Below are positions 25,328-32,979 of a stretch of 32,979 nt of DNA, piece by piece. The notes beneath the pieces are model-generated. The model was not told the origin of the DNA and made no database searches. It saw only the letters and a program-made list of their open reading frames with translations. The position numbers and the translations under genes are program-made. Each line of letters begins with the position of its first letter. Position 1 is the first letter of the stretch. The stretch is taken from assembly GCA_964546505.1 (NCBI GenBank), contig CAZJJZ010000011.1, positions 5,856-38,834 of the forward strand. Reading direction: 5' to 3'. This DNA comes from an uncultured Candidatus Peribacteria bacterium. Lineage in GTDB: Bacteria; Patescibacteriota; Gracilibacteria; UBA1369.

Positions 25328-25353
25328 GCCGCCCTCCGTTGCCGGAGGGCGGC
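25328..25353 (-). terminator. GC-rich perfect hairpin just downstream of the glycosyltransferase gene
   Basis: 11-bp stem GCCGCCCTCCG / CGGAGGGCGGC with a 4-nt loop. No T-tract on either strand, so terminator function is uncertain. Confidence 0.35.
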
Positions 25354-25366
25354 CGAGGCTAAAGCC

Positions 25367-26644
25367 TCACTCTGTCAGCCAGTAGGCCATCCAACTTTGT
25401 AGCCATCTGGCAATTCCTGCACTCCCTCGAAATGCTTCTGCTTTCTTCACCTCCTTCAGAATCAATTCAACGGCCTTTTGCGTGCCATCGATCTGATCCG
25501 GATTGTCCGCTTTCCACTGCGCGATGGCAGCCTTGTAGTAACCCAGGTAATGCCAGAAGTCGGCAAAACCTTGTGGAGTCAGCCCTTTGGCAAAACTCCA
25601 CTTACCTCCGCCTGTCAGCTGTAAAGCTTTGGCATTCAGCCACTGCTCCAGCTCTCCCGGCACTGGCACCGCCCAGATGGGCTTGCCATAGTAAATCGCT
25701 TCTGCCAGGAGTTGATTGCCACTGGTGCAAATCACCGCGGTACAAGTGCTCAGGCTCTCAATGAAGCCAATCGGGCTGGCTTCTTTGATCTCCATATTGG
25801 CAGGTAGCTTTTGGGCAGCCTGCCTGGAGGGAGCCTTTTTACTCCAGACCACGAATTGCCTTTCCGGGTTTGCAAGTGCGATCTTCTTGATCCGTTCAAT
25901 CAAGTTTGCCGACTTCAGATAGACACAGATATGTCCATCATCTGCCACGCGGGCAGCCTTGACCTTATCAGAGATCAGGCAGCCGACAAATATCGCTCTA
26001 CTTCCAAATCTAGCCGGAAAATGCGAGAAACTGGAAACAATCATGGTCTGGGCCCTGGGTGACAGGAAATTGACCATGATCATGTACAGGATCAGTTTGA
26101 TCCAAGTACGCCAGTTGCTCACTTGCGGCAACTCTTCTTCCGTCAGGAAGTGTTGATGATCCAAGGTGACCAGCGGAACTCCATGTCGCCTCGCCCAGCG
26201 GGAAGTGAAAGGCTCAAAATCGGAAATAACTAGTTTTGGCATACCCTCGCGGGCAGCCAATTTATCCAGTCCAAGTCCGATCGGCCACGACGAAAGGTTG
26301 AGTAGTTCAAAAGCGTGCTCGGTAGCGGCCATGAACGTACTCATTTTGCTGATTCTGCCACCGGGCTTCCGGTGAAAAACCAACCCCGGGATGCGCCTCA
26401 GGTCTGGATCCGTAGCAAAATGCCTCAGCACCTCACCACTGCCAAACACCAAAACTCGATACCCGGCCGCTCTGAGCCGTTCTATCATCACACTGGAACG
26501 AATCGAATGACCCAGTCCTTCTCCAGCTACGCCGTACCAAACAACGGCTTTTTCCACTACTTTCCTTTCTTGGTTGTTGGGGGAATGCTGCTCTTTTCTA
26601 GCCCAAAAACTATTTCTGAAGCTAAAAAGAAGAGCAAGACCCAC
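25367..26644 (-). CDS. glycosyltransferase (GT1/GT28-like, MJ1255-type), GC-elevated
   Basis: The N-terminal motif VVWYGVAGEGLGHSIRS is typical of this GT-B group (GEGxGH). The C-terminal half has TSGNQLLAEAIYYGKP. The start is uncertain: the conserved part could start at GTG 26557, preceded by GAAAGGAAA. Confidence 0.7.
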   Translation of the reverse strand: MGLALLFSFRNSFWARKEQHSPNNQERKVVEKAVVWYGVAGEGLGHSIRSSVMIERLRAAGYRVLVFGSGEVLRHFATDPDLRRIPGLVFHRKPGGRISKMSTFMAATEHAFELLNLSSWPIGLGLDKLAAREGMPKLVISDFEPFTSRWARRHGVPLVTLDHQHFLTEEELPQVSNWRTWIKLILYMIMVNFLSPRAQTMIVSSFSHFPARFGSRAIFVGCLISDKVKAARVADDGHICVYLKSANLIERIKKIALANPERQFVVWSKKAPSRQAAQKLPANMEIKEASPIGFIESLSTCTAVICTSGNQLLAEAIYYGKPIWAVPVPGELEQWLNAKALQLTGGGKWSFAKGLTPQGFADFWHYLGYYKAAIAQWKADNPDQIDGTQKAVELILKEVKKAEAFRGSAGIARWLQSWMAYWLTE

Positions 26645-26721
26645 AACACTCCTCCCAAAATTGTCAAAGAACCCTGATATTTATACCCTTCCAGATTCTT
26701 CAACACAAGTCATGCTCTACT

Positions 26722-27117
26722 CTAGTCTGCTCGATTATATTGCGAAAGTCCCAAAATATTTCCCTCAGAATCTTTAATCCAAGCCAAATACCCCATACTA
26801 GCATTTTCCCCTAATGCAGTTTTGCCTCGCACCACCACTCCACCATTTGCCACAACTGCCTGTAAGGTTTGATCAATATTTTCTACCTCTACATAAAACA
26901 TCGGGTGTGGCATTTGCTGATCCCTTTTGGCAGAACCGCCATTGATAAATCCCGGCTGAGTAGGTTGCATTTTTTCATCCACCGGACCTGTTTGCCAGCT
27001 GGTATAGCCAAACTGCTCCCATTCAAAAGGCTTCCAACCAAAAGTCTTTTCATAAAAGGACTTGGCCCGTTCTTTATCATCCCAAGGAAATTCAAAATGT
27101 GTAACTTTATTCATCAT
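26722..27117 (-). CDS. VOC (glyoxalase/bleomycin-resistance fold) family protein
   Basis: 131 aa. The pattern HFEFPWDDKERAKSFYEKTFGW ... MFYVEVENIDQTLQAVVANGG ... WIKDSEGNILGL is typical of paired beta-alpha-beta-beta-beta VOC modules. Confidence 0.7.
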   Translation of the reverse strand: MMNKVTHFEFPWDDKERAKSFYEKTFGWKPFEWEQFGYTSWQTGPVDEKMQPTQPGFINGGSAKRDQQMPHPMFYVEVENIDQTLQAVVANGGVVVRGKTALGENASMGYLAWIKDSEGNILGLSQYNRAD

Positions 27118-27219
27118 GTTGTTGGTTAGGATACTTCAACATAACACAAAAAAAATTCACAAACAATTTGGAAAAACGTACCTTCCAATGATCACTTGAT
27201 ATTTATTAGGCACTTTAAA

Positions 27220-28158
27220 CTAAGCTGTTTTTCTCGCCTTCGCACCGCCCACGCTGCCATGATTAGCTGTTTCCGCAGCCGCAATCAATTGATGCATCAA
27301 ATCATTTGGAGTATTAATGTCGGTATTCATAAACAACACTTTTTGATTATCCGCGGTGCCGATACTCTTCAATGTGTCCAAGTATTGAGTCAAAGTCAAA
27401 ATTGCCAAAATTTCTTTGGAATCCTGATGTGTCGCTCCTTGCATAATTTCAAAAGAGTCTTTTAAACCTCGGGCAATTGCTTCTCTTTCCAATGCCATAC
27501 CTTCACCCTGTAACTGCTTACGAACTTTATCAGCTTCTGCTTCCTTAACAGCTTGAACTTTAATAGCTTCACCTTTATTTTCCGCAGCCTTCCGCAATTG
27601 TTCAGAAGCTACCACTTCAGACATCGCCCTGGTTATCGTTTCCGGAAAATTGACATTAGTGATTTGATAACTGCGTATCAGAATGCCCCATTCCAACATC
27701 TGCTTCTCCAAGTCGCGTTTGATATGTTCAGCTAACTCTTCTTTTTTCTCCAAAATTCCTTCATGTGTTTCTTTGGCAATATAGGTACGCAGAGAATTTT
27801 CCACAATCGCGCCAATAGATTGATCTCTATTTTGTAATGCGTAAGTATAGCGTTGAATACCCTCAAGTGAAGAGTCAACCTCGTAAATCAAATTGGTAGA
27901 AATATCGACAATCACCTTGTCTTTTGAGGGGTAATGTCCATGAATGACAAAGTTTTGCTGCCGCAAAGAAATTTTAGCCGCGACATTTTCCAACAATGGT
28001 ATCTTGAAATTCAACCCGGCCTTCATAATTCTTCTAAATCTTCCCAATAACTGAATTACGAATACCGTATTTTGATCGACTATACGAATATTCTTGATCA
28101 GAATAATCAAGATTATCAATCCTCCAATTAAACTAATCATCAACTGCGCGTCGTCCAT
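27220..28158 (-). CDS. SPFH/band-7 (stomatin/prohibitin-like) domain protein
   Basis: An N-terminal TM is followed by IVDQNTVFVIQLLGRFRRIMKAGLNFKIPLLENV and an Ala/Glu/Lys-rich helical region (AAENKGEAIKVQAVKEAEADKVRKQ). Confidence 0.8.
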   Translation of the reverse strand: MDDAQLMISLIGGLIILIILIKNIRIVDQNTVFVIQLLGRFRRIMKAGLNFKIPLLENVAAKISLRQQNFVIHGHYPSKDKVIVDISTNLIYEVDSSLEGIQRYTYALQNRDQSIGAIVENSLRTYIAKETHEGILEKKEELAEHIKRDLEKQMLEWGILIRSYQITNVNFPETITRAMSEVVASEQLRKAAENKGEAIKVQAVKEAEADKVRKQLQGEGMALEREAIARGLKDSFEIMQGATHQDSKEILAILTLTQYLDTLKSIGTADNQKVLFMNTDINTPNDLMHQLIAAAETANHGSVGGAKARKTA

Positions 28159-28271
28159 GTTGGTATATTTAAATTTGTATCAGGTTATCACCACCGCAAT
28201 AGCAAGTCAAAAAACTCACATTTATTTCAGTCTCTGAATTGTCTAAAATAGCAGCAAATTTATCATCAGCT

Positions 28272-28757
28272 ATGCGATTTTGGATTATCTTCAAAGCCAT
28301 TACCATCTCCTTCTTAACTTCTTTATTTGCCGGCCTGGTCATCCTCTCCATCGGTGTGGGCGCTCTTTTTCAGGCAGTTCACTTCCCCGGGCTGTGGTTG
28401 GCTGAGTATGAGTTTGCAACTGACGTCAATTTGCGCAAAGAGAACTATTCCTACAAGCCCGGCCAGTCAGGAACTACCCTGAACTACACTTTCATCAACG
28501 CCAGTGGTACAGAGCGAGATGTTACCTTGCGCGTTATTACGTATTCTGGTCTAATATACGCATTGGCATTCGACTTAGCAGCATTGTTGGCGGCTTCATT
28601 CACCAAAATCAGGCTCCACAATAATCACCTCAACTTGCTACAACAGTGGACGAGTTATGCTTTGAGTTTAGCCATTATAGTAAGCTTTGGCAGTATGGCG
28701 ATTTTGATGGCCTGGAGCTTTGGTAGCCTAATCATGGTCTTGATTAAGGCGTGGTAA
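28272..28757 (+). CDS. hypothetical integral membrane protein
   Basis: The track ORF starts at TTG 28239, and the first ATG is at 28272 (MRFWIIF). There are four hydrophobic helices around a hydrophilic loop. No motif recognised. Confidence 0.5.
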   Translation: MRFWIIFKAITISFLTSLFAGLVILSIGVGALFQAVHFPGLWLAEYEFATDVNLRKENYSYKPGQSGTTLNYTFINASGTERDVTLRVITYSGLIYALAFDLAALLAASFTKIRLHNNHLNLLQQWTSYALSLAIIVSFGSMAILMAWSFGSLIMVLIKAW

Positions 28758-28829
28758 TTTGTTATTTTGCGCCCTTCCTTGCCTTCCAAAACCCAATACT
28801 ATATCTTAAACAAGGCTATTTCTTATTTT

Positions 28830-29828
28830 ATGAAAGGAATCATTCTAGCAGGTGGCACCGGCTCCAGACTCTTTCCCATCACCAAGGCAGTAGTGAAGCA
28901 GCTTTTGCCCGTTTACGATAAGCCTCTCATCTACTATCCGCTTTCTGTATTAATGCAGGCCGGAATTAGAGAAATTTTAATCATTACCAACCCACGTGAC
29001 TTACAGTCTTTTCAAGACCTTTTCGGCGATGGCAGTCAACTGGGTTTGTCTATTCAATACATTACCCAAGCTGCACCCAATGGTTTGGCGGAAGCCTTTA
29101 TTCTGGGAGAAGATTTCATTGGTCAAGATGATGTTTGTTTGGTCTTAGGAGATAATATCTTTCATGGCAGTGGGCTCACCGAATTGTTATTGGAGACGGT
29201 TGAAGAACTTGATCAACAGGGCGGCGGAACCATTTTTGGCTATTATTTTCCCGATCCTTCCGCTTATGGTGTAGTGGAATTTGATGCCCAAGGAAAGGTA
29301 GTTTCCATTGAAGAAAAGCCCACGAAACCTAAGTCCAATTTTGCTATTCCCGGCCTCTATTTTTATGATCACACAGTGGTTGACAAGGCCAAAACTATCA
29401 AACCCTCTGCTCGGGGAGAGTTGGAAATTACTGACTTGCACAATCTCTATTTGCAAGCGGGTAATTTGCGGGTGAAAACTTTAGGTAGAGGTTACGTTTG
29501 GCTCGATACGGGTAATGCCGGGCATTTGCATGAAGCTGCCAGTTTCGTTGAAACCATTCAAAAGAGACAAGGACTATACCTGGCCTGTTTGGAAGAAATT
29601 GCCTGGCGACAAGGTTGGATCGATTCAGCACAATTACAAAAATTAGCCCAGACCATGAGCAAAACCGCTTATGGACAATATTTGCTAAATTTAGAACAAT
29701 ATGAACTATCAAAGCACCACTTTTCCGGGGGTGTTCATTCTGGAGCCAAAGATTTTCAGCGACAATCGCGGTCACTTTCTGGAAACCTTCAAGACCAGTC
29801 ATTTTCAAGAAAAAGTCGGACCATTTGA
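28830..29828 (+). CDS. rfbA: glucose-1-phosphate thymidylyltransferase with about 40-aa C-terminal read-through into rfbC
   Basis: [42 protein letters not shown] is the G-G-x-G-S-R-L signature. The start is set to ATG 28830. The conserved end (YGQYLL) is followed by 42 more codons before TGA 29826-29828. Confidence 0.85.
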   Translation: MKGIILAGGTGSRLFPITKAVVKQLLPVYDKPLIYYPLSVLMQAGIREILIITNPRDLQSFQDLFGDGSQLGLSIQYITQAAPNGLAEAFILGEDFIGQDDVCLVLGDNIFHGSGLTELLLETVEELDQQGGGTIFGYYFPDPSAYGVVEFDAQGKVVSIEEKPTKPKSNFAIPGLYFYDHTVVDKAKTIKPSARGELEITDLHNLYLQAGNLRVKTLGRGYVWLDTGNAGHLHEAASFVETIQKRQGLYLACLEEIAWRQGWIDSAQLQKLAQTMSKTAYGQYLLNLEQYELSKHHFSGGVHSGAKDFQRQSRSLSGNLQDQSFSRKSRTI

Positions 29829-30327
29829 AGTTGTACAGGAAAATGAATCCTTTTCCATTCAGCATGTTTTCCGGGGTTTTCATTATCAGCTTCCGCCTTT
29901 TGAACAAGCCAAATTAGTGAGGGTAGTCAGTGGTAGGGTGTTGGACATCATAATTGATTTGCGACCGGATTCAGCCACTTTTTTGCAACATTTAAGTGTG
30001 GAAATTTCCGCCGAAAATCACCGTCAATTATTTATACCAAAAGGTTTTGCTCACGGTTTTTTAACCCTTTCCGAGCAGGCTCTTTTTCAATACAAAGTGG
30101 ATAACCTTTGGTCCAAAGAACATGAACGTTCCATCGCCTACAATTCCCCTGAACTAAAAATTGATTGGCCGGTGGAGTTGAATCGACTAATCATTTCGGA
30201 GAAAGACATTGCGGGTATGACTCTTACCGCTGCCACAGCTGAAATTTTGGCACTACAAAGACAAACCCTCCCGCGTGATTTGCAGCCAAAGAATATCGAA
30301 CAACCCTCCATTCTTCGCGAAAAGTAA
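29701..30327 (+). CDS. rfbC: dTDP-4-dehydrorhamnose 3,5-epimerase
   Basis: [29 protein letters not shown] and [18 protein letters not shown] are typical RmlC cupin motifs. The start overlaps the rfbA frame by 128 nt. Confidence 0.85.
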   Translation: MNYQSTTFPGVFILEPKIFSDNRGHFLETFKTSHFQEKVGPFEVVQENESFSIQHVFRGFHYQLPPFEQAKLVRVVSGRVLDIIIDLRPDSATFLQHLSVEISAENHRQLFIPKGFAHGFLTLSEQALFQYKVDNLWSKEHERSIAYNSPELKIDWPVELNRLIISEKDIAGMTLTAATAEILALQRQTLPRDLQPKNIEQPSILREK

Positions 30328-30388
30328 AATCTTGCTCCAGCATTGTCTCGCCCTGCTGAATCACTAAAAAAACTTAACTCCAACAAAA

Positions 30389-31417
30389 ATGTCTAAATAC
30401 CTCATCACTGGCGGTGCGGGCTTCATTGGAACAAATTATGTCAAATACCTCCTCAAGCACTCTCCGGAAGCCCAAATTTTGGTTCTCGATAAGCTTACCT
30501 ACGCTGCGAATTTAAGCAATCTGCAGGCCGAAATCGATCAAATGGCTATTCAATTCCTCCGAGCCGACATTGCCGATGAGCAGGCGATTCAAAGCGCTTT
30601 TCAAACCTTTCAACCTGATTACATCATTCATTTTGCTGCTGAAAGTCATGTAGATAACAGTATCAAAGACCCTGGAATTTTTGTGCGCACCAATGTACTT
30701 GGCACGCAAATTCTGCTGGATCAAGCCAAAAAACTCTGGCAAAACGGCACGGACGAGCAAGGCTATCCCACTTATCGCCCCGGAGTAAAATTCCTCCACA
30801 TTTCCACCGACGAAGTTTACGGCCATTTAGCCCCGCACGACCCTGCCTTCACAGAAGACCTGCCCCTCCACCCGCGCAGCCCTTATAGCGCTTCCAAGGC
30901 GGCTTCAGATTTGATTGTCTTGTCTTATCACTCCACTTTCCACCTACCCATCAATATCACTCGTTGTTCCAACAATTACGGCCCCTATCAGCATTCGGAA
31001 AAACTTATTCCGCTAATGATTTCCAAAGCACTACAGAATCAAAAACTACCGGTGTATGGAAAGGGTGAACAAATCCGCGATTGGCTTTTCGTGGAGGATC
31101 ATTGCCGGGGGATTCAGCTGGTTTTGGAGCAGGGTAATTTGGGCGAGATTTACAATATTGGCGGCGGCCAGGAAATGGTAAATCTGGATTTGGTAAAAAC
31201 ACTTTTACAACAACTGGCAGCCAAAAAACCCGAGCTGACATTCATTGACGAAAACCTCATTTCCTTCGTTCCAGACCGCCTGGGCCACGATTTCCGCTAC
31301 GCCATCAACATCCAAAAAATCCACACCGCGCTGGGCTATCAACCACAAACAGATTTCCCCACCGGCCTAGCCAAAACCATCGATTTTTATCTCCAGCAGC
31401 CCGGTTCAAGCAACTAA
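30389..31417 (+). CDS. rfbB: dTDP-glucose 4,6-dehydratase
   Basis: Rossmann motif ITGGAGFIGTN, catalytic YSASKAASD (YxxxK), and SDR-extended length of 342 aa. Confidence 0.9.
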   Translation: MSKYLITGGAGFIGTNYVKYLLKHSPEAQILVLDKLTYAANLSNLQAEIDQMAIQFLRADIADEQAIQSAFQTFQPDYIIHFAAESHVDNSIKDPGIFVRTNVLGTQILLDQAKKLWQNGTDEQGYPTYRPGVKFLHISTDEVYGHLAPHDPAFTEDLPLHPRSPYSASKAASDLIVLSYHSTFHLPINITRCSNNYGPYQHSEKLIPLMISKALQNQKLPVYGKGEQIRDWLFVEDHCRGIQLVLEQGNLGEIYNIGGGQEMVNLDLVKTLLQQLAAKKPELTFIDENLISFVPDRLGHDFRYAINIQKIHTALGYQPQTDFPTGLAKTIDFYLQQPGSSN

Positions 31418-31664
31418 ATTTTTTGAAGAGAATCCAGTTCTTTCCGAGAAATCAAGCAAGATAAAAAACAACCTAAAAACTATAAAATTTCCACCACAAG
31501 ATTCAGATTCTAGTACAGCCTCTTGCTGTACTGGTCGGCCTGTCCAACCACGGTTCGAACCGATGACTACATGGTTCAATCAGATTATCGAGGAATCCGT
31601 GCTTGAAATCAAAGCCATTTTCAGGAACTATGATGTTTCTACGTTACAGCAACTTATTGCTCTA

Positions 31665-32555
31665 TTAAAGTAGCCCGCCATACAGTAACCTGAATTTACG
31701 GTTTGTTACCCAAATCTTCTGCAATTCCTCAAAATTCTCATCAGGATCAAGCATTAATTTTGCCAATTCGTCCATTTCTGCCAATTCAGACTCAGTCAAT
31801 TTCGGAAATTTTTTGAAAGTGCCATATTCTGGCATCTGAACATAAATTATCTCGTCATTCATCAAGGAGTGGAAGTCGTAAAATAGAGACCAAGCCACTA
31901 CCATCGCGCCTTTGTCTCCGGAAGCATTTACAAAATGATTCTCATCAACTTTTTTATTCCGAATATCTAGCCAAGCCTTGGCAGGAAAATCGAACTTTCC
32001 TTCAGGAATATCGTACGGGTCAAATTCGGCATTCAAACTTAAGCTTCCGTCGACATCAATCGTAACCCAGCATTTCTGAGTCGCGTTCCAATATTGGTTA
32101 ATCCAATGGTCAGTGCTTACTTTTCCCAGTTTTCCTAGATCAAAATAATCCGCATTGCCAGATCTAACCCTTGCAGGAATACCTTTGGTTTTCAAAATTG
32201 AAGCCATTAAAATCGCAACAAATCTGCAAGTCACAACCAATTTGTTTTCTGGTGTTCTGTCGGCAACAAATCCACGATTATCTCGGCGATACAGTTCAGC
32301 TAACATTGCAGCTACAGTCGGCAAAATGTCATCTTCTGGCTGCCTCCACCAAGGAACTCTTTTCATATCTCCAAAGCGCAAATCAGCGTTTGTTCCAATA
32401 TTGCCAGCGGCAAGTGTGGTTCGGTGAATGATGTTTTTTCTTAAAAGCAATCCGAGTTCGCGAATATTATCAGGCAACTTCAAAAGATCCTCTCGATATA
32501 ATCCAGGATTGGTGTAGACACCATATTCGAGAAAATGTTTCAAATTTTTTCCCAT
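31665..32555 (-). CDS. transglutaminase-like (Cys-His-Asp) superfamily protein
   Basis: VVTCRFVAILMASILKTKGIPARVRSG (Cys plus GIPAR), DHWINQYW (His) and TIDVDG (Asp), in the usual order and spacing. Confidence 0.65.
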   Translation of the reverse strand: MGKNLKHFLEYGVYTNPGLYREDLLKLPDNIRELGLLLRKNIIHRTTLAAGNIGTNADLRFGDMKRVPWWRQPEDDILPTVAAMLAELYRRDNRGFVADRTPENKLVVTCRFVAILMASILKTKGIPARVRSGNADYFDLGKLGKVSTDHWINQYWNATQKCWVTIDVDGSLSLNAEFDPYDIPEGKFDFPAKAWLDIRNKKVDENHFVNASGDKGAMVVAWSLFYDFHSLMNDEIIYVQMPEYGTFKKFPKLTESELAEMDELAKLMLDPDENFEELQKIWVTNRKFRLLYGGLL

Positions 32556-32854
32556 ACTCCTGTTATCAAATTCATCTTTTTTTGTTTAGTCCATCCTTTA
32601 ATTTGTTTTTCACGACGACGAGCCGACAAAAGCGAATCATGCGTTTCAAAATACACAAGTTTTACTGGTCGTCTCATCTTCGTCCAGACAGCAGCTTCGC
32701 CCGAGTTATGTTCTTTTAAACGGTTTTTCAAATTCTCAGTTGAACCACAATACAAGCTGCCATCACTACAATGTAAGAGATAAACACAGAACTGCCCTTC
32801 GACAAGCTCAGGGCACACGACTTCGTTCGGTATTTTAAGTGAAGTTTTTGCCAT
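32540..32854 (-). CDS. GIY-YIG (URI-domain) nuclease family protein
   Basis: FCVYLLHCSDGSLYCGSTENLKNRLKEHN matches the GIY...YIG core, with downstream R and E residues (SARRREKQIKGW). Its 3' end overlaps the next gene start by 16 nt. Confidence 0.8.
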   Translation of the reverse strand: MAKTSLKIPNEVVCPELVEGQFCVYLLHCSDGSLYCGSTENLKNRLKEHNSGEAAVWTKMRRPVKLVYFETHDSLLSARRREKQIKGWTKQKKMNLITGVWEKI

Positions 32855-32914
32855 TTAAATTGTTGTTCGAAGACCATGAGCGAAGTGAGGCCTAAAAGGC
32901 CGAACGAAGTCGAA

Positions 32915-32979
32915 TGGTCGGGGTGATAGGGCTCGAACCTACGACCTCCTGGTCCCAAACCAGGCGCGCTAGCCAACTG
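32915..32979 (-). tRNA. tRNA-Pro (anticodon UGG), 5' end truncated by the window edge, CCA encoded
   Basis: The reverse complement reads ...CAGTTGGCTAGCGC G CCTGG TTTGGGA CCAGG AGGTC GTAGG TTCGAGC CCTAT CACCCCG A CCA. The anticodon loop has TGG at positions 34-36 and G37. About 12 nt of the 5' end lie outside the window. Confidence 0.85.

Noticed and set aside
387-25353. A shared GGCGG/CCGCC core in the GC hairpins (387, 11548, 18737, 20555, 25328) as a dispersed REP-like element family
   Set aside because: The stems share only a 5-nt GC core and differ in sequence, length and loop. The hairpin at 18737 is a textbook intrinsic terminator of a native operon. GC-rich stems are expected for terminators in AT-rich genomes. 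Only the intragenic copy at 20555 is kept as a finding.
25432-26677. Series of plus-strand ORFs (25432..25764, 25716..25922, 25811..26062, 25959..26156, 26166..26375, 26315..26677)
   Set aside because: All are antisense to the glycosyltransferase gene, which has clear family motifs. They are short, overlapping and of odd composition.
28169-28351. 60-aa minus-strand ORF just upstream of the SPFH gene (a candidate NfeD-like partner)
   Set aside because: It has no hydrophobic segment, unlike NfeD. It overlaps the better-looking plus-strand membrane-protein ORF and sits at the minimum track length.
31563-31673. 36-aa ORF (MTTWFNQIIEESVLEIKAIFRNYDVSTLQQLIALLK) in the rfbB / transglutaminase-like spacer
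   Set aside because: It is very short, has no SD, and overlaps the 3' end of the convergent gene. There is no basis to call it.
32728-32976. 82-aa minus-strand ORF at the right edge
   Set aside because: It runs through the tRNA-Pro gene and the GIY-YIG upstream region, so it is an artefact.
1-32979. Alternative genetic code (UGA recoded, as in some small-genome lineages)
   Set aside because: RF2 (which reads UGA) is encoded. Several well-supported or clearly delimited ORFs end at TGA at sensible positions (for example the squalene/phytoene-synthase gene, the 2..349 ORF, the 182-aa island ORF, 19193..19513 and rfbA). No conserved gene needs read-through.

Overview
This is an AT-rich, tightly packed bacterial chromosome segment. 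Hand counts of single 60-nt lines give about 38% G+C in native genes. The genetic code is standard: a full-length RF2 is present and TGA ends ORFs. Recognisable genes are a squalene/phytoene-synthase-family enzyme, RNase J, prfB, a MOP-type flippase, glyA, def, a membrane-fusion protein plus RND pump pair, a FemAB-family transferase, a small TrbC/VirB2-like pilin, a Nudix-like protein, a Fic protein, a glycosyltransferase, VOC and SPFH proteins, rfbA-rfbC-rfbB, a transglutaminase-like protein, a GIY-YIG nuclease and a partial tRNA-Pro(UGG) at the right edge. The FemAB gene, the small pilin, the many orphan ORFs and the convergent genes that abut with zero spacing resemble small-genome uncultivated lineages (CPR/Patescibacteria-like). 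That placement is inference only. I saw no CRISPR array, rRNA, transposase or integrase. Five things stand out. (1) Four visibly GC-rich ORF cassettes (about 53-65% G+C by hand count) sit in the AT-rich backbone. Two of them sandwich def, and several are followed by GC-rich perfect hairpins. (2) A four-gene minus-strand cassette ends in a Fic protein with a non-canonical active-site loop and is preceded by three unrecognisable small ORFs. It lies next to a frameshifted orphan histidine kinase and an atypical Nudix protein. (3) The membrane-fusion protein has a very long, symmetric helical hairpin, and its RND partner carries two extra hydrophobic segments. (4) RNase J and FemAB carry lineage-specific insertions or extensions. 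(5) A TGCTAnAnT extended -10 box recurs in front of the first genes of transcription units. All functional interpretations of orphan ORFs are hypotheses. No database search was possible.
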